From positions 9,875,309-9,939,308 of the forward strand of contig CM082591.2 in NCBI GenBank assembly GCA_040954595.2: 64,000 nucleotides of DNA, given 5' to 3'. Shown in pieces: positions 9,390 through 24,300 of the stretch. A program made the position numbers and the translations under genes. Position 1 is the stretch's first letter. Each line of letters begins with the position of its first letter. This DNA comes from Balanoglossus misakiensis. Lineage: Eukaryota > Animalia > Hemichordata. The notes under the pieces were generated by a model. That model was given only the letters and a program-made list of their open reading frames with translations, was not told the origin of the DNA and did no database searches.

Positions 9390-12300
9390 AATCAAAATTT
9401 GGGTCATGAAATCGAGTTTTGTTACAGTCTAGAATTTCATGCCACCCCTTATGGTCATATTATTCTTGGTAGGCAAAAGTGACAAGTAGTCAAGTTTCAA
9501 CACAGGCAACATTTTTTACAAACAAACCACCAAAAAGACATCAAAAGGGAGAGAATTATAGAATGGTCAATGTGTGAAAAGTTAAGATACGTAAAGTGGC
9601 CGGGTTCAACATTAACTCATCGACTTCATATCGTCTTCATGCCATGGTTTTTGCCTGCCCTGAAGTTCTTGTCGTTACAGAAGTGGTTTTGACAGAAAGA
9701 ATTTAGTCTTCCGGGATGTCTGTGATTATTTGAACACCAGACAATACAATGCAACCTTGACTTCCAAAATACTTACCGGCATTGCATTATCTTACCATGG
9801 TTAGGCCTACAGTGAACAAATTTTCAACAATATTTTCTGAGTTACCGCTGATATTTGTTTTGTAGTATGGATATTAAATTATACATCCCGATACAAAACA
9901 ATGTTATAGAATCCTTCCTGAGTGATATTGAAAAAATTACCGGAATGCTACCGCCTAATCTATGGTTAGGGTTATTGCTATTATTTTATATCAGTTATCG
10001 ACTTTGTGTATATCAATGTCATTTTCATAACGAAAATGAACTCGAGTCTAATGTAAACGTTACGAATTGATCGAAAGGCGCTCTGATGAATGTTAACACG
10101 AGTGCGCAGTGACAAGACATGCATCGTGCATGACAGTGACAACAGTTCCTATAGAGCAGTTAAAAAATAAACCGGCCGTCCGGAAATTTATCAGCTATAT
10201 TTTTTTTTATTTAGTCACGTTTTCCCTGTTGCATGCTATTAGTTCAGGGGCCAGTTTTAGCAGTGCTCTATTGAGTACTTTCGTATCGATGGATTGATCT
10301 CTCGTCCAATCAGAATGGCGGATGGTAGCATGATCCGACATATTGCGTATTACAATAGGGCTTCCTCATACAGGTCAGAACGGAGAGGTCATTCCTTTTA
10401 TTTTAGGACGTCTCAGCTCCTTTGTCTTTTCTGTTATAGTGTTAAAGAAATCAAACGGTTTTGTTTTGGCCGGTAAACACCGATGGATTAACTCTTAAGT
10501 CCATCGTGCATCCAAACGCAGTCGAGTCGGTTTGGTCATTGTTTATGCGACAGTAAATGCCAAATGTGACAGAAGCATCATATTAAATGAGATAGAATAC
10601 ACAAACAAACAAACATACGAATAAACAAACAGGCAAACAAACAAACAAACAAACAACCATTAGGGACTGTTCAGAATTTACTTCCAAGTTGGGGATGGAG
10701 GATTTTTTATTTTCCTGGTGATTTTTTTCCATGGTCTCCCCTAGTAAATTGTGGAGGAAATATGTGGTCCCTCCTTAAATTTCCTGGGGGTTTTCCATGG
10801 TCCCCCTATTGTGACTTTTATGTCTAGTCTCCCCTAATTTGTCTTGGAGAAAATGGGTGGTCCCCCCCCCCTCTGAATATTCTCCGCCCCCTGGAAGTAA
10901 ATTCTGAACAGTCCCTTATTAAAGCCAACAGCTAGCACCCTGGCTTCTCTGCCAGAGGAGCGATAACATCGACAAAATGCAGATACACAAGAAATGAGCA
11001 CTTTATTCCACAAGTGAAGTAGTCTGTTCCCTGCCCCATTCCCACCGCTGGCTGCGCCCTTTAGCGTAGCGCCGATGGCAGTGGGAATGGGGCAGGGGAC
11101 CAGACTACAAGTGAAGAACCCCAGTAACAGACGTAACGAACAAACAAACTACATGTACTAACAACAAAGCAAGAAAAGTGTCAAGCGTCGTCAAAGAAAA
11201 CGAAAAAGTTCTAGCATGGTTGGTAAAAGTTATTGGTAGAAAACGAATAGGGCCTTCTACAAATGACGTCTCAGACCCGCAAACGCCACCAGAACACAAA
11301 ACACATGCACAGAACAGTTTAAGCCGGTTGTTGTATGGAGCAGCAATAATCTGCGGTTGGGCCGTCGTAGATTTTCGCTGGTGGTGAAAATAAATAAAAC
11401 ACGATCGATGTTCGATTTATTCCAGATCACATGCGTTTACGGCCAGGAGAGAGCATAAAAGACTTCAAATGACCATGTGGTGGCGCTCTTTTTCCGATTG
11501 GCTGTATTTCAATTTGTTCGTGGTAAATTAATTTTGTGGAGGTGACCGGCACTGAAGCTCTTAGCTAGGATGAGGTGGGATGGAAAAATGCCCCATTTTA
11601 GCTGTTTTAAAATATACGACTATTTATAGACAAAAGGAAAATAAAACAAGCGCAAAAACATACCAAACCTAGTTTTATTAATTAAAAACAAAATTGCTGG
11701 GTAAAGGTTTTCATGTGGGCATTCACTTTGAACTTGCTAAATTAATTTAAAGAGACAAAGTCGCTCTCTCTTTGTCCTTTTGCGATGATAGAATGCTTGC
11801 TTGAAGTCTCTCGTGCAATAAATGATGTCGATTCATACATGTATGGATGGTGTATAGGTGGTCGGAATTTACATGTCTTTGCCACGACCAAACCAACAAC
11901 ACGTAAAATCAAAATTTGGTTCATGAAATCGAGTTTTGTTACAGTCTAGAATTTCATGCCACCCCTTATGGTCATATTATTCTTGGTAGGCAAAAGTGAC
12001 AAGTAGTCAAGTTTCAACACAGGCAACATTTTTTACAAACAAACCACCAAAAAGACATCAAAAGGGAGAGAATTATAGAATGGTCAATGTGTGAAAAGTT
12101 AAGATACGTAAAGTGGCCGGGTTCAACATTAACTCATCGACTTCATATCGTCTTCATGCCATGGTTTTTGCCTGCCCTGAAGTTCTTGTCGTTACAGAAG
12201 TGGTTTTGACAGAAAGAATTTAGTCTTCCGGGATGTCTGTGATTATTTGAACACCAGACAATACAATGCAACCTTGACTTCCAAAATACTTACCGGCATT

Positions 12301-15300
12301 GCATTATCTTACCTTGGTTAGGCCTACAGTGAACAAATTTTCAACAATATTTTCTGAGTTACCGCTGATATTTGTTTTGTAGTATGGATATTAAATTATA
12401 CATCCCGATACAAAACAATGTTATAGAATCCTTCCTGAGTGATATTGAAAAAATTACCGGAATGCTACCGCCTAATCTATGGTTAGGGATATTGCTATTA
12501 TTTTATATCAGTAATCGACTTTGTGTATATCAATGTCATTTTCATAACGAAAATGAACTCGAGTCTAATGTAAACGTTACGAATTGATCGAAAGGCGCTC
12601 TGATGAATGTTAACACGAATGCGCAGTGACAAGACATGCATCGTGCATGACAGTGACAACAGTTCCTATAGAGCAGTTAAAAAATAAACCGGCCGTCCGG
12701 AAATTTATCAGCTATATTTTTTTTTATTTAGTCACGTTTTCCCTGTTGCATGCTATTAGTTCAGGGGCCAGTTTTAGCAGTGCTCTATTGAGTACTTTCG
12801 TATCGATGGATTGATCTCTCGTCCAATCAGAATGGCGGATGGTAGCATGATCCGACATATTGCGTATTACAATAGGGCTTCCTCATACAGGTCAGAACGG
12901 AGAGGTCATTCCTTTTATTTTATGACGTCTCAGCTCCTTTGTCTTTTCTGTTATAGTGTTAAAGAAATCAAACGGTTTTGTTTTGGCCGGTAAACACCGA
13001 TGGATTAACTCTTAAGTCCATCGTGCATCCAAACGCAGTCGAGTCGGTTTGGTCATTGTTTATGCGACAGTAAATGCCAAATGTGACAGAAGCATCATAT
13101 TAAATGAGATAGAATACACAAACAAACAAACATACGAATAAACAAACAGGCAAACAAACAAACAACCATTAGGGACTGTTCAGAATTAACTTCCAAGTTG
13201 GGGATGGAGGATTTTTTATTTTCCTGGTGATTTTTTTCCATGGTCTCCCCTAGTAAATTGTGGAGGAAATATGTGGTCCCTCCTTAAATTTCCTGGGGAT
13301 TTTCCATGGTCCCCCTATTGTGACTTTTATGTCTAGTCTCCCCTAATTTGTCTTGGAGAAAATGGGTGGTCCCCCCCCTCTGAATATTCTCCGCCCCCTG
13401 GAAGTAAATTCTGAACAGTCCCTTATTAAAGCCAACAGCTAGCACCCTGGCTTCTCTGCCAGAGGAGCGATAACATCGACAAAATGCAGATACACAAGAA
13501 ATGAGCACTTTATTCCACAAGTGAAGTAGTCTGTTCCCTGCCCCATTCCCACCGCTGGCTGCGCCCTTTAGCGTAGCGCCGATGGCAGTGGGAATGGGGC
13601 AGGGGACCAGACTACAAGTGAAGAACCCCAGTAACAGACGTAACGAACAAACAAACTACATGTACTAACAACAAAGCAAGAAAAGTGTCAAGCGTCGTCA
13701 AAGAAAACGAAAAAGTTCTAGCATGGTTGGTAAAAGTTATTGGTAGAAAACGAATAGGGCCTTCTACAAATGACGTCTCAGACCCGCAAACGCCACCAGA
13801 ACACAAAACACATGCACAGAACAGTTTAAGCTGGTTGTTGTATGGAGCAGCAATAATCTGCGGTTGGGCCGTAGTAGATTTTCGCTGGTGGTGAAAATAA
13901 ATAAAACACGATCGATGTTCGATTTATTCCAGATCACATGCGTTTACGGCCAGGAGAGAGCATAAAAGTCTTCAAATGACCATGTGGTGGCGCACTTTTT
14001 CCGATTGGCTGTATTTCAATTTGTTCGTGGTAAATTAATTTTGTGGAGGTGACCGGCACTGAAGCTCTTAGCTAGGATGAGGTGGGATGGAAAAATGCCC
14101 CATTTTAGCTGTTTTAAAATATACGACTATTTATAGACAAAAGGAAAATAAAACAAGCGCAAAAACATACCAAACCTAGTTTTATTAATTAAAAACAAAA
14201 TTGCTGAGTAAAGGTTTTCATGTGGGCATTCACTTTGAACTTGCTAAATTAATTTAAAGAGACAAAGTCGCTCTCTCTTTGTCCTTTTGCGATGATAGAA
14301 TGCTTGCTTGAAGTCTCTCGTGCAATAAATGATGTCGATTCATACATGTATGGATGGTGTATAGGTGGTCGGAATTTACATGTCTTTGCCACGACCAAAC
14401 CAACAACACGTAAAATCAAAGTTTGGGTCATGAAATCGAGTTTTGTTACAGTCTAGAATTTCATGCCACCCCTTATGGTCATATTATTCTTGGTAGGCAA
14501 AAGTGACAAGTAGTCAAGTTTCAACACAGGCAACATTTTTTACAAACAAACCACAAAGAAGACATCAAAAGGGAGAGAATTATAGAATGGTCAATGTGTG
14601 AAAAGTTAAGATACGTAAAGTGGCCGGGTTCAACATTAACTCATCGACTTCATATCGTCTTCATGCCATGGTTTTTGCCTGCCCTGAAAGTTCTTGTCGT
14701 TGCAGAAGTGGTTTTGACAGAAAGAATTTAGTCTTCCGGGATGTTTGTGATTATTTGAACACCAGACAATACAATGCAACCTTGACTTCCAAAATACTTA
14801 CCGGCATTGCATTATCTTACCATGGTTAGGCCTACAGTGAACACATTTTCAACAATATTTTCTGAGTTACCGCTGATATTTGTTTTGTAGTATGGATATT
14901 AAATTATACATCCCGATACAAAACAGAATGTTATAGAATCCTTCCTGAGTGATATTGAAAAAATTACCGGAATGCTACCGCCTAATCTATGGTTAGGGTT
15001 ATTGCTATTATTTTATATCAGTAATCGACTTTGTGTATATCAATGTCATTTTAATAACGAAAATGAACTCGAGTCTAATGTAAACGTTACGAATTGATCG
15101 AAAGGCGCTCTGATGAATGTTAACACGAGTGCGCAGTGACAAGACATGCATCGTGCGTGACAGTGACAACAGTTCCTATAGAGCAGTTAAAAAATAAACC
15201 GGCCGTCCGTAAATTTATCAGCTATATTTTTTTTATTTAGTCACGTTTTCCCTGTTGCATGCTATTAGTTCAGGGGCCAGTTTTAGCAGTGCTCTATTGA

Positions 15301-18300
15301 GTACTTTCGTATCGATGGATTGATCTCTCGTCCAATCAGAATGGCGGATGGTAGCATGATCCGACATATTGCGTATTACAATAGGGCTTCCTCATACAGG
15401 TCAGAACGGAGAGGTCATTCCTTTTATTTTAGGACGTCTCAGCTCCTTTGTCTTTTCTGTTATAGTGTTAAAGAAATCAAACGGTTTTGTTTTGGCCGGT
15501 AAACACCGATGGATTAAATCTTAAGTCCATCGTGCATCCAAACGCAGTCGAGTCGGTTTGGTCATTGTTTATGCGACAGTAAATGCCAAATGTGACAGAA
15601 GCATCATATTAAATGAGATAGAATACACAAACAAACAAACATACGAATAAACAAACAGGCAAACAAACAACCATTAGGGACTGTTCAGAATTTACTTCCA
15701 AGTTGGGGATGGAGGAATTTTTATTTTCCTGGTGATTTTTTTCCATGGTCTCCCCTAGTAAATTGTGGAGGAAATATGTGGTCCCTCCTTAAATTTCCTG
15801 GGGATTTTCCATGGTCCCCCTATTGTGACTTTTATGTCTAGTCTCCCCTAATTTGTCTTGGAGAAAATGGGTGGTCTCCCCCTCTGAAAATTCTCCGCCC
15901 CCTGGAAGTAAATTCTGAACAGTCCCTTATTAAAGCCAACAGCTAGCACCATGGCTTCTCTGCCAGAGGAGCGATAACATCGACAAAATGCAGATACACA
16001 AGAAATGAGCACTTTATTCCACAAGTGAAGTAGTCTGTTCCCTGCCCCATTCCCACCGCTGGCTGCGCCCTTTAGCGTAGCGCCGATGGCAGTGGGAATG
16101 GGGCAGGGGACCAGACTACAAGTGAAGAACCCCAGTAACAGACGTAACGAACAAACAAACTACATGTACTAACAACAAAGCAAGAAAAGTGTCAAGCGTC
16201 GTCAAAGAAAACGAAAAAGTTTTAGCATGGTTGGTAAAAGTTATTGGTAGAAAACGAATAGGGCCTTCTACAAATGACGTCTCAGACCCGCAAACGCCAC
16301 CAGAACACAAAACACATGCACAGAACAGTTTAAGCCGGTTGTTGTATGGAGCAGCAATAATCTGCGGTTGGGCCGTCGTAGATTTTCGCTGGTGGTGAAA
16401 ATAAATAAAACACGATCGATGTTCGATTTATTCCAGATCACATGCGTTTACGGCCAGGAGAGAGCATAAAAGTCTTCAAATGACCATGTGGTGGCGCACT
16501 TTTTCCGATTGGCTGTATTTCAATTTGTTCGTGGTAAATTAATTTTGTGGAGGTGATCGGCACTGAAGCTCTTAGCTAGGATGAGGTGGGATGGAAAAAT
16601 GCCCCATTTAAGCTGTTTTAAAATATACGACTATTTATAGACAAAAGGAAAATAAAACAAGCGCAAAAACATACCAAACCTAGTTTTATTAATTAAAAAC
16701 AAAATTGCTGAGTAAAGGTTTTCATGTGGGCATTCACTTTGAACTTGCTAAATTAATTTAAAGAGACAAAGTCGCTCTCTCTTTGTCCTTTTGCGATGAT
16801 AGAATGCTTGCTTGAAGTCTCTCGTGCAATAAATGATGTCGATTCATACATGTATGGATGGTGTATAGGTGGTCGGAATTTACATGTCTTTGCCACGACC
16901 AAACCAACAACACGTAAAATCAAAGTTTGGGTCATGAAATCGAGTTTTGTTACAGTCTAGAATTTCATGCCACCCCTTATGGTCATATTATTCTTGGTAG
17001 GCAAAAGTGACAAGTAGTCAAGTTTCAACACAGGCAACATTTTTTACAAACAAACCACAAAGAAGACATCAAAAGGGAGAGAATTATAGAATGGTCAATG
17101 TGTGAAAAGTTAAGATACGTAAAGTGGCCGGGTTCAACATTAACTCATCGACTTCATATCGTCTTCATGCCATGGTTTTTGCCTGCCCTGAAAGTTCTTG
17201 TCGTTGCAGAAGTGGTTTTGACAGAAAGAATTTAGTCTTCCGGGATGTTTGTGATTATTTGAACACCAGACAATACAATGCAACCTTGACTTCCAAAATA
17301 CTTACCGGCATTGCATTATCTTACCATGGTTAGGCCTACAGTGAACAAATGTTCAACAATATTTTCTGAGTTACCGCTGATATTTGTTTTGTAGTATGGA
17401 TATTAAATTATACATCCCGATACAAAACAGAATGTTATAGAATCCTTCCTGAGTGATATTGAAAAAATTACCGGAATGCTACCGCCTAATCTATGGTTAG
17501 GGTTATTGCTATTATTTTATATCAGTAATCGACTTTGTGTATATCAATGTCATTTTCATAACGAAAATGAACTCGAGTCTAATGTAAACGTTACGAATTG
17601 ATCGAAAGGCGCTCTGATGAATGTTAACACGAGTGCGCAGTGACAAGACATGCATCGTGCGTGACAGTGACAACAGTTCCTATAGAGCAGTTAAAAAATA
17701 AACCGGCCGTCCGTAAATTTATCAGCTATATATTTTTTTATTTAGTCACGTTTTCCCTGTTGCATGCTATTAGTTCAGGGGCCAGTTTTAGCAGTGCTCT
17801 ATTGAGTACTTTTGTATCGATGGATTGATCTCTCGTCCAATCAGAATGGCGGATGGTAGCATGATCCGACATATTGCGTATTACAATAGGGCTTCCTCAT
17901 ACAGGTCAGAACGGAGAGGTCATTCCTTTTATTTTAGGACGTCTCAGCTCCTTTGTCTTTTCTGTTATAGTGTTAAAGAAATCAAACGGTTTTGTTTTGG
18001 CCGGTAAACACCGATGGATTAACTCTTAAGTCCATCGTGCATCCAAACGCAGTCGAGTCGGTTTGGTCATTGTTTATGCGACAGTAAATGCCAAATGTGA
18101 CAGAAGCATCATATTAAATGAGATAGAATACACAAACAAACAAACATACGAATAAACAAACAGGCAAACAAACAAACAAACAACCATTAGGGACTGTTCA
18201 GAATTTACTTCCAAGTTGGGGATGGAGGATTTTTTATTTTCCTGATGATTTTTTTCCATGGTCTCCCCTAGTAAATTGTGGAGGAAATATGTGGTCCCTC

Positions 18301-21300
18301 TTTAAATTTCCTGGGGATTTTCCATGGTCCCCCTATTGTGACTTTTATGTCTAGTCTCCCCTAATTTGTCTTGGAGAAAATGGGTGGTCCCCCCCTCTGA
18401 AAATTCTCCGCCCCCTGGAAGTATATTCTGAACAGTCCCTTATTAAAGCCAACAGCTAGCACCCTGGCTTCTCTGCCAGAGGAGCGATAACATCGACAAA
18501 ATGCAGATACACAAGAAATGAGCACTTTATTCCACAAGTGAAGTAGTCTGTTCCCTGCCCCATTCCCACCGCTGGCTGCGCCCTTTAGCGTAGCGCCGAT
18601 GGCAGTGGGAATGGGGCAGGGGACCAGACTACAAGTGAAGAACCCCAGTAACAGACGTAACGAACAAACAAACTACATGTACTAACAACAAAGCAAGAAA
18701 AGTGTCAAGCGTCGTCAAAGAAAACGAAAAAGTTCTAGCATGGTTGGTAAAAGTTATTGGTAGAAAACGAATAGGGCCTTCTACAAATGACGTCTCAGAC
18801 CCGCAAACGCCACCAGAACACAAAACACATGCACAGAACAGTTTAAGCCGGTTGTTGTATGGAGCAGCAATAATCTGCGGTTGGGCCGTCGTAGATTTTC
18901 GCTGGTGGTGAAAATAAATAAAACACGATCGATGTTCGATTTATTCCAGATCACATGCGTTTACGGCCAGGAGAGAGCATAAAAGTCTTCAAATGACCAT
19001 GTGGTGGCGCACTTTTTCCGATTGGCTGTATTTCAATTTGTTCGTGGTAAATTAATTTTGTGGAGGTGACCGGCACTGAAGCTCTTAGCTAGGATGAGGT
19101 GGGATGGAAAAATGCCCCATTTTAGCTGTTTTAAAATATACGACTATTTATAGACAAAAGGAAAATAAAACAAGCGCAAAAACATACCAAACCTAGTTTT
19201 ATTAATTAAAAACAAAATTGCTGAGTAAAGGTTTTCATGTGGGCATTCACTTTGAACTTGCTAAATTAATTTAAAGAGACAAAGTCGCTCTCTCTTTGTC
19301 CTTTTGCGATGATAGAATGCTTGCTTGAAGTCTCTCGTGCAATAAATGATGTCGATTCATACATGTATGGATGGTGTATAGGTGGTCGGAATTTACATGT
19401 CTTTGCCACGACCAAACCAACAACACGTAAAATCAAAGTTTGGGTCATGAAATCGAGTTTTGTTACAGTCTAGAATTTCATGCCACCCCTTATGGTCATA
19501 TTATTCTTGGTAGGCAAAAGTGACAAGTAGTCAAGTTTCAACACAGGCAACATTTTTTACAAACAAACCACAAAGAAGACATCAAAAGGGAGAGAATTAT
19601 AGAATGGTCAATGTGTGAAAAGTTAAGATACGTAAAGTGGCCGGGTTCAACATTAACTCATCGACTTCATATCGTCTTCATGCCATGGTTTTTGCCTGCC
19701 TTGAAAGTTCTTGTCGTTGCAGAAGTGGTTTTGACAGAAAGAATTTAGTCTCCGGGATGTTTGTGATTATTTGAACACCAGACAATACAATGCAACCTTG
19801 ACTTCCAAAATACTTACCGGCATTGCATTATCTTACCATGGTTAGGCCTACAGTGAACAAATTTTCTACAATATTTTCTGAGTTACCGCTGATATTTGTT
19901 TTGTAGTATGGATATTAAATTATACATCCCGATACAAAACAGAATGTTATAGAATCCTTCCTGAGTGATATTGAAAAAATTACCGGAATGCTACCGCCTA
20001 ATCTATGGTTAGGGTTATTGCTATTATTTTATATCAGTAATCGACTTTGTGTATATCAATGTCATTTTCATAACGAAAATGAACTCGAGTCTAATGTAAA
20101 CGTTACGAATTGATCGAAAGGCGCTCTGATGAATGTTAACACGAGTGCGCAGTGACAAGACATGCATCGTGCGTGACAGTGACAACAGTTCCTATAGAGC
20201 AGTTAAAAAATAAACCGGCCGTCCGGAAATTTATCAGCTATATTTTTTTTTATTTAGTCACGTTTTCCCTGTTGCATGCTATTAGTTCAGGGGCCAGTTT
20301 TAGCAGTGCTCTATTGAGTACTTTTGTATCGATGGATTGATCTCTCGTCCAATCAGAATGGCGGATGGTAGCATGATCCGACATATTGCGTATTACAATA
20401 GGGCTTCCTCATACAGGTCAGAACGGAGAGGTCATTCCTTTTATTTTAGGACGTCTCAGCTCCTTTGTCTTTTCTGTTATAGTGTTAAAGAAATCAAACG
20501 GTTTTGTTTTGGCCGGTAAACACCGATGGATTAACTCTTAAGTCCATCGTGCATCCAAACGCAGTCGAGTCGGTTTGGTCATTGTTTATGTGACAGTAAA
20601 TGCCAAATGTGACAGAAACATCATATTAAATGAGATAGAATACACAAACAAACAAACATACGAATAAACAAACAGGCAAACAAACAAACAAACAACCATT
20701 AGGGACTGTTCAGAATTTACTTCCAAGTTGGGGATGGAGGATTTTTTATTTTCCTGGTGATTTTTTTCCATGGTCTCCCCTAGTAAATTGTGGAGGAAAT
20801 ATGTGGTCCCTCTTTAAATTTCCTGGGGATTTTCCATGGTCCCCCTATTGTGACTTTTATGTCTAGTCTCCCCTAATTTGTCTTGGAGAAAATGGGTGGT
20901 CCCCCCCTCTGAAAATTCTCCGCCCCCTGGAAGTATATTCTGAACAGTCCCTTATTAAAGCCAACAGCTAGCACCCTGGCTTCTCTGCCAGAGGAGCGAT
21001 AACATCGACAAAATGCAGATACACAAGAAATGAGCACTTTATTCCACAAGTGAAGTAGTCTGTTCCCTGCCCCATTCCCACCGCTGGCTGCGCCCTTTAG
21101 CGTAGCGCCGATGGCAGTGGGAATGGGGCAGGGGACCAGACTACAAGTGAAGAACCCCAGTAACAGACGTAACGAACAAACAAACTACATGTACTAACAA
21201 CAAAGCAAGAAAAGTGTCAAGCGTCGTCAAAGAAAACGAAAAAGTTCTAGCATGGTTGGTAAAAGTTATTGGTAGAAAACGAATAGGGCCTTCTACAAAT

Positions 21301-24300
21301 GACGTCTCAGACCCGCAAACGCCACCAGAACACAAAACACATGCACAGAACAGTTTAAGCCGGTTGTTGTATGGAGCAGCAATAATCTGCGGTTGGGCCG
21401 TCGTAGATTTTCGCTGGTGGTGAAAATAAATAAAACACGATCGATGTTCGATTTATTCCAGATCACATGCGTTTACGGCCAGGAGAGAGCATAAAAGTCT
21501 TCAAATGACCATGTGGTGGCGCACTTTTTCCGATTGGCTGTATTTCAATTTGTTCGTGGTAAATTAATTTTGTGGAGGTGACCGGCACTGAAGCTCTTAG
21601 CTAGGATGAGGTGGGATGGAAAAATGCCCCATTTTAGCTGTTTTAAAATATACGACTATTTATAGACAAAAGGAAAATAAAACAAGCGCAAAAACATACC
21701 AAACCTAGTTTTATTAATTAAAAACAAAATTGCTGAGTAAAGGTTTTCATGTGGGCATTCACTTTGAACTTGCTAAATTAATTTAAAGAGACAAAGTCGC
21801 TCTCTCTTTGTCCTTTTGCGATGATAGAATGCTTGCTTGAAGTCTCTCGTGCAATAAATGATGTCGATTCATACATGTATGGATGGTGTATAGGTGGTCG
21901 GAATTTACATGTCTTTGCCACCACCAAACCAACAACACGTAAAATCAAAATTTGGGTCATGAAATCGAGTTTTGTTACAGTCTAGAATTTCATGCCACCC
22001 CTTATGGTCATATTATTCTTGGTAGGCAAAAGTGACAAGTAGTCAAGTTTCAACACAGGCAACATTTTTTACAAACAAACCACAAAGAAGACATCAAAAG
22101 GGAGAGAATTATAGAATGGTCAATGTGTGAAAAGTTAAGATACGTAAAGTGGCCGGGTTCAACATTAACTCATCGACTTCATATCGTCTTCATGCCATGG
22201 TTTTTGCCTGCCCTGAAAGTTCTTGTCGTTGCAGAAGTGGTTTTGACAGAAAGAATTTAGTCTTCCGGTATGTTTGTGATTATTTGAACACCAGACAATA
22301 CAATGCAACCTTGACTTCCAAAATACTTACCGGCATTGCATTATCTTACCATGGTTAGGCCTACAGTGAACAAATTTTCAACAATATTTTCTGAGTTACC
22401 GCTGATATTTGTTTTGTGGTATGGATATTAAATTATACATCCCGATACAAAGCAGAATGTTATAGACTCCTTCCTGAGTGATATTGAAAAAATTACCGGA
22501 ATGCTACCGCCTAATCTATGGTTAGGGTTATTGCTATTATTTTATATCAGTAATCGACTTTGTGTATATCAATGTCATTTTCATAACGAAAATGAACTCG
22601 AGTCTAATGTAAACGTTACGAATTGATCGAAAGGCGTTCTGATGAATGTTAACACGAGTGCGCAGTGACAAGACATGCATCGTGCATGACAGTGACAACA
22701 GTTCCTATAGAGCAGTTAAAAAATAAACCGGCCGTCCGTAAATTTATCAGCTATATTTTTTTTATTTAGTCACGTTTTCCCTGTTGCATGCTATTAGTTC
22801 AGGGGCCAGTTTTAGCAGTGCTCTGTTGAGTACTTTCGTATCGATGGATTGATCTCTCGTCCAATCAGAATGGCGGATGGTAGCATGATCCGACATATTG
22901 CGTATTACAATAGGGCTTCCTCATACAGGTCAGAACGGAGAGGTCATTCCTTTTATTTTAGGACGTCTCAGCTCCTTTGTCTTTTCTGTTATAGTGTTAA
23001 AGAAATCAAACGGTTTTGTTTTGGCCGGTAAACACCGATGGATTAACTCTTAAGTCCATCGTGCATCCAAACGCAGTCGAGTCGGTTTGGTCATTGTTTA
23101 TGCGACAGTAAATGCCAAATGTGACAGAAGCATCATATTAAATGAGATAGAATACACAAACAAACAAACATACGAATAAACAAACAGGCAAACAAACAAA
23201 CAAACAACCATTAGGGACTGTTCAGAATTTACTTCCAAGTTGGGGATGGAGGATTTTTTATTTTCCTGGTGATTTTTTTCTATGGTCTCCCCTAGTAAAT
23301 TGTGGAGGAAATATGTGGACCCTCCTTAAATTTCCTGGGGATTTTCCATGGTCCCCCTATTGTGACTTTTATGTCTAGTCTCCCCTAATTTGTCTTGGAG
23401 AAAATGGGTGGTCCCCCCCCCTCTGAAAATTCTCCGCCCCCTGGAAGTAAATTCTGAACAGTCCCTTATTAAAGCCAACAGCTAGCACCCTGGCTTCTCT
23501 GCCAGAGGAGCGATAACATCGACAAAATGCAGATACACAAGAAATGAGCACTTTATTCCACAAGTGAAGTAGTCTGTTCCCTGTCCCATTCCCACCGCTG
23601 GCTGCGCCCTTTAGCGTAGCGCCGATGGCAGTGGGAATGGGGCAGGGGACCAGACTACAAGTGAAGAACCCCAGTAACAGACGTAACGAACAAACAAACT
23701 ACATGTACTAACAACAAAGCAAGAAAAGTGTCAAGCGTCGTCAAAGAAAACGAAAAAGTTCTAGCATGGTTGGTAAAAGTTATTGGTAGAAAACGAATAG
23801 GGCCTTCTACAAATGACGTCTCAGACCCACAAACGCCACCAGAACACAAAACACATGCACAGAACAGTTTAAGCCGGTTGTTGTATGGAGCAGCAATAAT
23901 CTGCGGTTGGGCCGTCGTAGATTTTCGCTGGTGGTGAAAATAAATAAAACACGATCGATGTTCGATTTATTCCAGATCACATGCGTTTACGGCCAGGAGA
24001 GAGCATAAAAGTCTTCAAATGACCATGTGGTGGCGCACTTTTTCCGATTGGCTGTATTTCAATTTGTTCGTGGTAAATTAATTTTGTGTAGGTGACCGGC
24101 ACTGAAGCTCTTAGCTAGGATGAGGTGGGATGGAAAAATGCCCCATTTTAGCTGTTTTAAAATATACGACTATTTATAGACAAAAGGAAAATAAAACAAG
24201 CGCAAAAACATACCAAACCTAGTTTTATTAATTAAAAACAAAATTGCTGAGTAAAGGTTTTCATGTGGGCATTCACTTTGAACTTGCTAAATTAATTTAA

